Positions 58,730-64,000 of a DNA stretch of 64,000 nucleotides are shown here, one piece after another (the first letter of the stretch is position 1; every line of letters begins with the position of its first letter). The stretch lies in NCBI GenBank assembly GCA_951406725.2, contig OX597834.1, forward strand, positions 40,486,001-40,550,000. Direction: 5' to 3'. The position numbers and the translations under genes are program-made. Origin of the DNA: Octopus vulgaris (lineage: Eukaryota). The notes under the pieces are model-generated. The model was not told where the DNA came from and searched no databases. It was given only the letters and a program-made list of their open reading frames with translations.

Positions 58730-58978
58730 ATACTAAAATGACGTGCACGCATATACACACAAATACACATCAACATACACACACATACGTATACACGTAA
58801 ATACGCGCGCAGATAGACACACACACACATACACATACATACGTATCACATGTATAGGCGCATGCACACACACGCACATTCACACACACACACACATACA
58901 CTAAAAATCACATACACTCATATAAATACGTACATGCACACAAAAAGACGCAAAAACACCTACACATTTTATATGTGC

Positions 58979-59016
<38 letters not shown>

Positions 59017-59740
59017 CGCACGTCGCACGTATACACACACACACACATACACACACACATAGATATATAGACACACACACACACACATATGTATATAAGA
59101 GTGTGCGTGTGTGTACATTCATGCCTGTTTATATGTGTGTGTACGTGCTTATGTGTGTGTGTTTGTGTAAATGTGCGTGTGTTTGTGTCTGTGTGTTTGT
59201 GTGTGTGTAAGAACATTTGCATGGAATGGCTTCTGCATGACAAACATATAGTTAAGTGCAGGCTGTCATAGTGCTGATAGTAACCTGAAAATCATGCTTA
59301 ATTAATTCATCGACGAAATTATAGTTGGAACAAAACACGTCTTCAGTGTTAATGAAAATTAATCTCAAAATGCGTAAGGGAGAGAACTCTCAACATTTCA
59401 ACAGCCCGAAGTTTAAATAACGTAATGAGTTTATTCTTTTGCCAGCTATTTATTTTTGCCATTAAATAAAGACGCTTTGCACATGAGGAATATGATGTAT
59501 TTTTCTTTATGCGTGAGATTATCTTCCCTCATCGCAGTTCGATCGACCTTTAGGTTACACCGCAAAGATCATCGGGCGGAAAAGAAAATACGCAAAACGA
59601 ATGATTGATTATTAGCGTTGCAATCATTGTACATTGTAATCTGTGAAAATTATTGGAGTCTGTTATTGCCTGTATGTAACAAGGTAAGGTAGCTACTCTT
59701 CGAGATATCCGCTAAAAGTACTCTTAGCACATGACGGCTA

Positions 59741-60626
59741 CATGGACTACGTTTAATCCGGCACTTTTGCTAGACCGCCCCTTCCTCCACGGACTACGTT
59801 TAATCCGGCACTTTCGCTAGGCCGCCCCTTTCTCCATGGACTATGTTTAGTCCGGCACTTTGGCTTGACCACCCCTTTCTACGCGGACTTCGTTTAATCT
59901 GTCACTTTGGCTAGACCGCCCACTCCTCCTATGTCTACGTTTAATCCGGCACTTTGCTAGACGACCCCATCCTTCACGGAGTACGTTTAATCCATGAAGT
60001 ACGTTTAATCTGGCACTTTGGCTAGACTGCCCACTCATCCAACGTCTACGTTTAATCCGGTACTTTGGCTAGACCGCCCTCTTCTACACGACTACGTTTA
60101 ATCCAGAACTTTGTCTAGACTTCCCCATCCTCCATGGACTACGTTTAATACGAAATTTTGGCTAGACCGCCCCTCCTCCACGGACTACGTTTAATCCGGC
60201 ACTTTGGCTAGACTACCCCATCCTCCATGGATGACGCTTAATCCGGCACTGGCTACACCGCCCACTCTTCCACTGACTACACTTAATCCGGCATATTGGC
60301 TAGAGCGCCTCCTCCTACACGGCCTACGTTTATTCCGGCACTTTGGCTAGACCGCCCCTCCTCCACGGCTTACGTTTAATCCGGCACTTTGGCTAGACCG
60401 CCCCTCCTTCACGGCTTACGTTTAATCCGGCACTTTGGCTAGACCGCCCCTCCTCCACGGCCTACGTTTATTCCGGCACTTTGGCTAGACCGCCCCTCCT
60501 CCACGGCTTACGTTTAATCCAGCACTTTGACTAGACCGCCCCTCCTCCACGGCCTACGTTTAATCCGACACTTTGGCTAGACCACCCCTCCTCCACGGCC
60601 TACGTTTAATCCGGCACCTTGGCTAC
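59741..60626. repeat. GC-rich minisatellite, 46-47-bp unit, about 19 copies
   Basis: Unit CTACGTTTAATCCGGCACTTTGGCTAGACCGCCCCTCCTCCACGG(A/C), contiguous, with no spacers. Confidence 0.95.
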
Positions 60627-61052
60627 ACATATATTACGGCACACATACTTCTATAATCTATATGCATATGTATCTACGCACCCATATATCCGGTTTCACG
60701 TACGGTATGCAAATGTATATGATTAATATACACCGATTCTAAAGGAGTTGAAAACTTGCGGATTTGAAGCCTCTTTCTCTTTCTGGCATTCACTCACACT
60801 TCCTCTATATCTCTCTCTCCCAATGCTACTGTATGCCTCAACTTCTATCTCTCTCTTTCTCCCTCTCTCTATCTATCTCTCTCTCACTTTCACACACACA
60901 CACACATACACTCACTGTTGTGTTTGTTGTACGCAAATATACATATCCGCTCTGAGCTAACGAGTAACTATGAATAGAAAAACATGATGTTCTTGGGACA
61001 ACAATCATTCTTGTATTCTACCAAAATATCTTCCATAACATCCTAGGAATGA

Positions 61053-61093
<41 letters not shown>

Positions 61094-63537
61094 GACACAC
61101 GCACACACACACACAAATACAGGAACATATATACACAAATATATACAGACATACATACAAACACACACACACACATATATATATACGTACATATAGGTAT
61201 ATGCATCCACACACATACACATATAAGCACATACATATAAACACAATTACATATAAACACATACACATATAAACACATATACATATACATACATATACAT
61301 ATAAACACATATACATATAAACACATATACATATAAACACATATACATATACACACATATACATATAAACACATATACATATACATACATATACATATAA
61401 ACACATATACATATACATACATATACATATAAACACATATTCATATAAACACATACATATAAACACATACACACGTACACATATAAACGTGTATGTATGT
61501 ATATATATATATAACGCGTATACACATGTACGTATGCGTATGTAATGTATGTACGTACACACATACACACACTCACGTTCGTACATTAATGGAAAACGAG
61601 CATATAAAAGTGCATATAAAAGTATGTAAACCTTGATTTGAATAACGCTCCGAGTAAAATCCAGACAGGAGACCATCAACTGAAAAGGTGGGAGGGGGGG
61701 AGAAACGGAGGCGGGGAAAAAAAAAGAAGAAGAAGGAAAACCAAGAAGGATGAAGAGGCAGAGACAGAGACGGGGGATAAACGTGATGTATGCAACTGGT
61801 ATAACGTTACAACAGCCATCGTACCACCTTATCGCTTGTTGTTCAACGGATATATCTCAACGTGTTTATTGATTGCCAAAAGAAGAGGAAAAGAGAGAAA
61901 GTAGAAAACATGGCGAATCTAATTATTTTAATTTCAACCGGTTTCTTTTTTTTTAACTTTTTTTCCTTTTTTATTTCTGTCTTTCCTGCACTAAAACAAT
62001 TTTCCCTGTTTAACTTCTTCGTTATATTTGCCTGTGTTACTTACATTAGCTTATTTCTTCGTTACACCTAGCATCGAGCCGCCATTTCTTTGCTCCTGTC
62101 TTCCCCTTTCTCTCCCTTTTTACTGCTACTCTTTATCTATCTATCTCTCTAGCTCTCTAGCTCTCTTACTCCACCTCTTTTCACCTCTCCTCTTTCCTCT
62201 CTTTCCACTCCTCTTTCTTCTCTTTCCTTCTGTGTCTCTAATTCAGGAAAAACCAGTCCAATTTGTGTGAAAGAAGCGTGAGTTCAGGTAACATTTCATA
62301 CTGACGCAGGAATTGTTACGTGGTGAGGAAGACACAGACATGGCTTTGTGGTAAACAAATTTACTCCGTATCCAACTGGCTTCGATTTCAATTCTGCTGC
62401 GCAACACCTTGTACGATTGCTTTCTATTATAGCCTCGGGTTAACCAACAATACCTTTAGAATAGAATTTTATCCTTTCCTTGCACCCCATGTAGACAAAC
62501 AAACATTCCAAACACCCTTGATATCTTGTCATTCTCACCTCTAACATAATTGCCTCTGTATCATCGGCTCATCCGCCAGCTGCCTTATCACAGCTTCCAA
62601 CGCACCTCTGTATACGGCACAACCTCCACCCCTACTCCTCAACTCTTCGAGTCAGTCAACAAATTGGAGCTCAGAGAGTTTTTATGCCAACTACGAAAGT
62701 AAAAGCCCCCCTTCGGTCAAGAATGACCATGGGATTGCACCTAGAAAGTCCCCCTCCGAGGTACAAGACCATCAGTTGCCCATGCATATCAGCCTCTTCT
62801 CTCCACGCCAATGATGTTATCCAAGTGACAAGCAAAGGGGCCGATTCAGCTTGGCGCCAGTGACATCACAACTCGTTTCTGCAGCTGAGTGAACTGGAGA
62901 AACGTGAAATAAAGAAATAAAGTGTCTTGCTCAAAAACTGAACACACCTCATGATTGTAAGTCTAACGCTCTCATTGCTGATCCATACGCCAATTACTGC
63001 CGGAGGTACATTTACATTCTGCCCTGACCCGTCAGAAATAGTTTGATAGATGGCTGAAAATATCCTTTGAGGTATGTGCGATAAAAACTTTGCTTCCCAA
63101 CCACGTGGTCCCGGGGTCAGTTCTACTGCGAGGCACCTTGTGCAAATGTCTTCTACTATAGTCTTGGACAGACCAAGGCCTTATGAGTGAATTTGGTAGA
63201 CGGAAACTGAAAGAAGCCCATTGTATGCGTGAATGTGTGCCTTTCTATCTGTGTTTGTCCCCTCCCCGCCCCCAAAACTCCATCACCGCTTGCCAACAGG
63301 AGTCGATGAGTTTACATTCTCGTAACCTAGCGGTTCGGCAAAAGTGACCAGTACGCAACTGGTACTTAATTTATCGATCCCAAAAGGATGAAAGGCAAAG
63401 TCGACCTCGGCAGAATTTGAACTCAGAACGTAAAGACAGTGATGTATGGTAAATAAACAGACGACATAACGTATACTGAGTGTAAACCGGACAGGAGACG
63501 AATATTTCATCAGTTATCAACCAATAGTTAACACTCG

Positions 63538-63603
<66 letters not shown>

Positions 63604-63604
<1 letters not shown>

Positions 63605-64000
63605 TCGCAGTATAGCCCGGCGTTGCTCGGGCTTCTTTTCTTTTCGACCCTTTAGAATTGGAATTTTTGAAAAATAAGAATTTTGCATTATGTAGCTTCT
63701 TATTCTCTTTAAGTGAACATTTTTCTGGTTGAAATACACCGAAAAATGGCGACACAGCAGTCAAAAAATCGTTAAAAAGATAGGGATTTTCACAGAAAAA
63801 AAGCACCTTTTTTTACATAAATAATTTTTGGTGTTAACATGGTCCGATTTGGATTTTTTCTTCTACGGAATGAAGAACAAGTCTTCTTCTATCATACTCT
63901 CAATTTTGGTCAACTTGAGCCGCAGGGTCTCGGAGGAGATAGTGTTAGTTGAAAGCTACCAAACCTGCCATACACAGACTCCAGCTTTATTTATATATAT
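63604..64000 (-). mobile_element. Non-autonomous Helitron (5' end at window edge)
   Basis: Collinear with 24315-24695; terminal CTAG mutated to CGAG. Confidence 0.8.

Noticed and set aside
59741-60626. CRISPR-like array
   Set aside because: Units are contiguous with no unique spacers, there are no cas genes, and the context is eukaryotic.

Overview
Eukaryotic, AT-rich, extremely microsatellite-dense DNA. The repeat landscape (tRNA/CORE-type SINEs, compound (TA)/(CA)/(TACA)/(GATA)/(TAA)n tracts) suggests an octopus/coleoid cephalopod genome; this is inference. No host protein-coding exon is recognisable, so the window is probably intergenic or within a large intron, and nearly all ORFs in the track are microsatellite artefacts. 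The only intact coding unit is an apparently full-length CR1/L2-group LINE on the minus strand (~4880-9617). Its ORF1 is unusual (Myb/SANT-like domain, polyQ, two CCCH zinc fingers) and its ORF2 encodes APE-RT. ORF2 lies in the -1 frame, and the 124-nt ORF1/ORF2 frame overlap holds two in-phase canonical slippery heptamers. Also present are degraded R4/Dong-like and CR1-like LINEs, mariner and Tigger remnants, MITEs, three copies of a non-autonomous Helitron, several SINE families (one forming precise head-to-tail multimers), Penelope-type hammerhead ribozyme motifs (one with a complete core), a long foldback, and a 46-47-bp GC-rich minisatellite.
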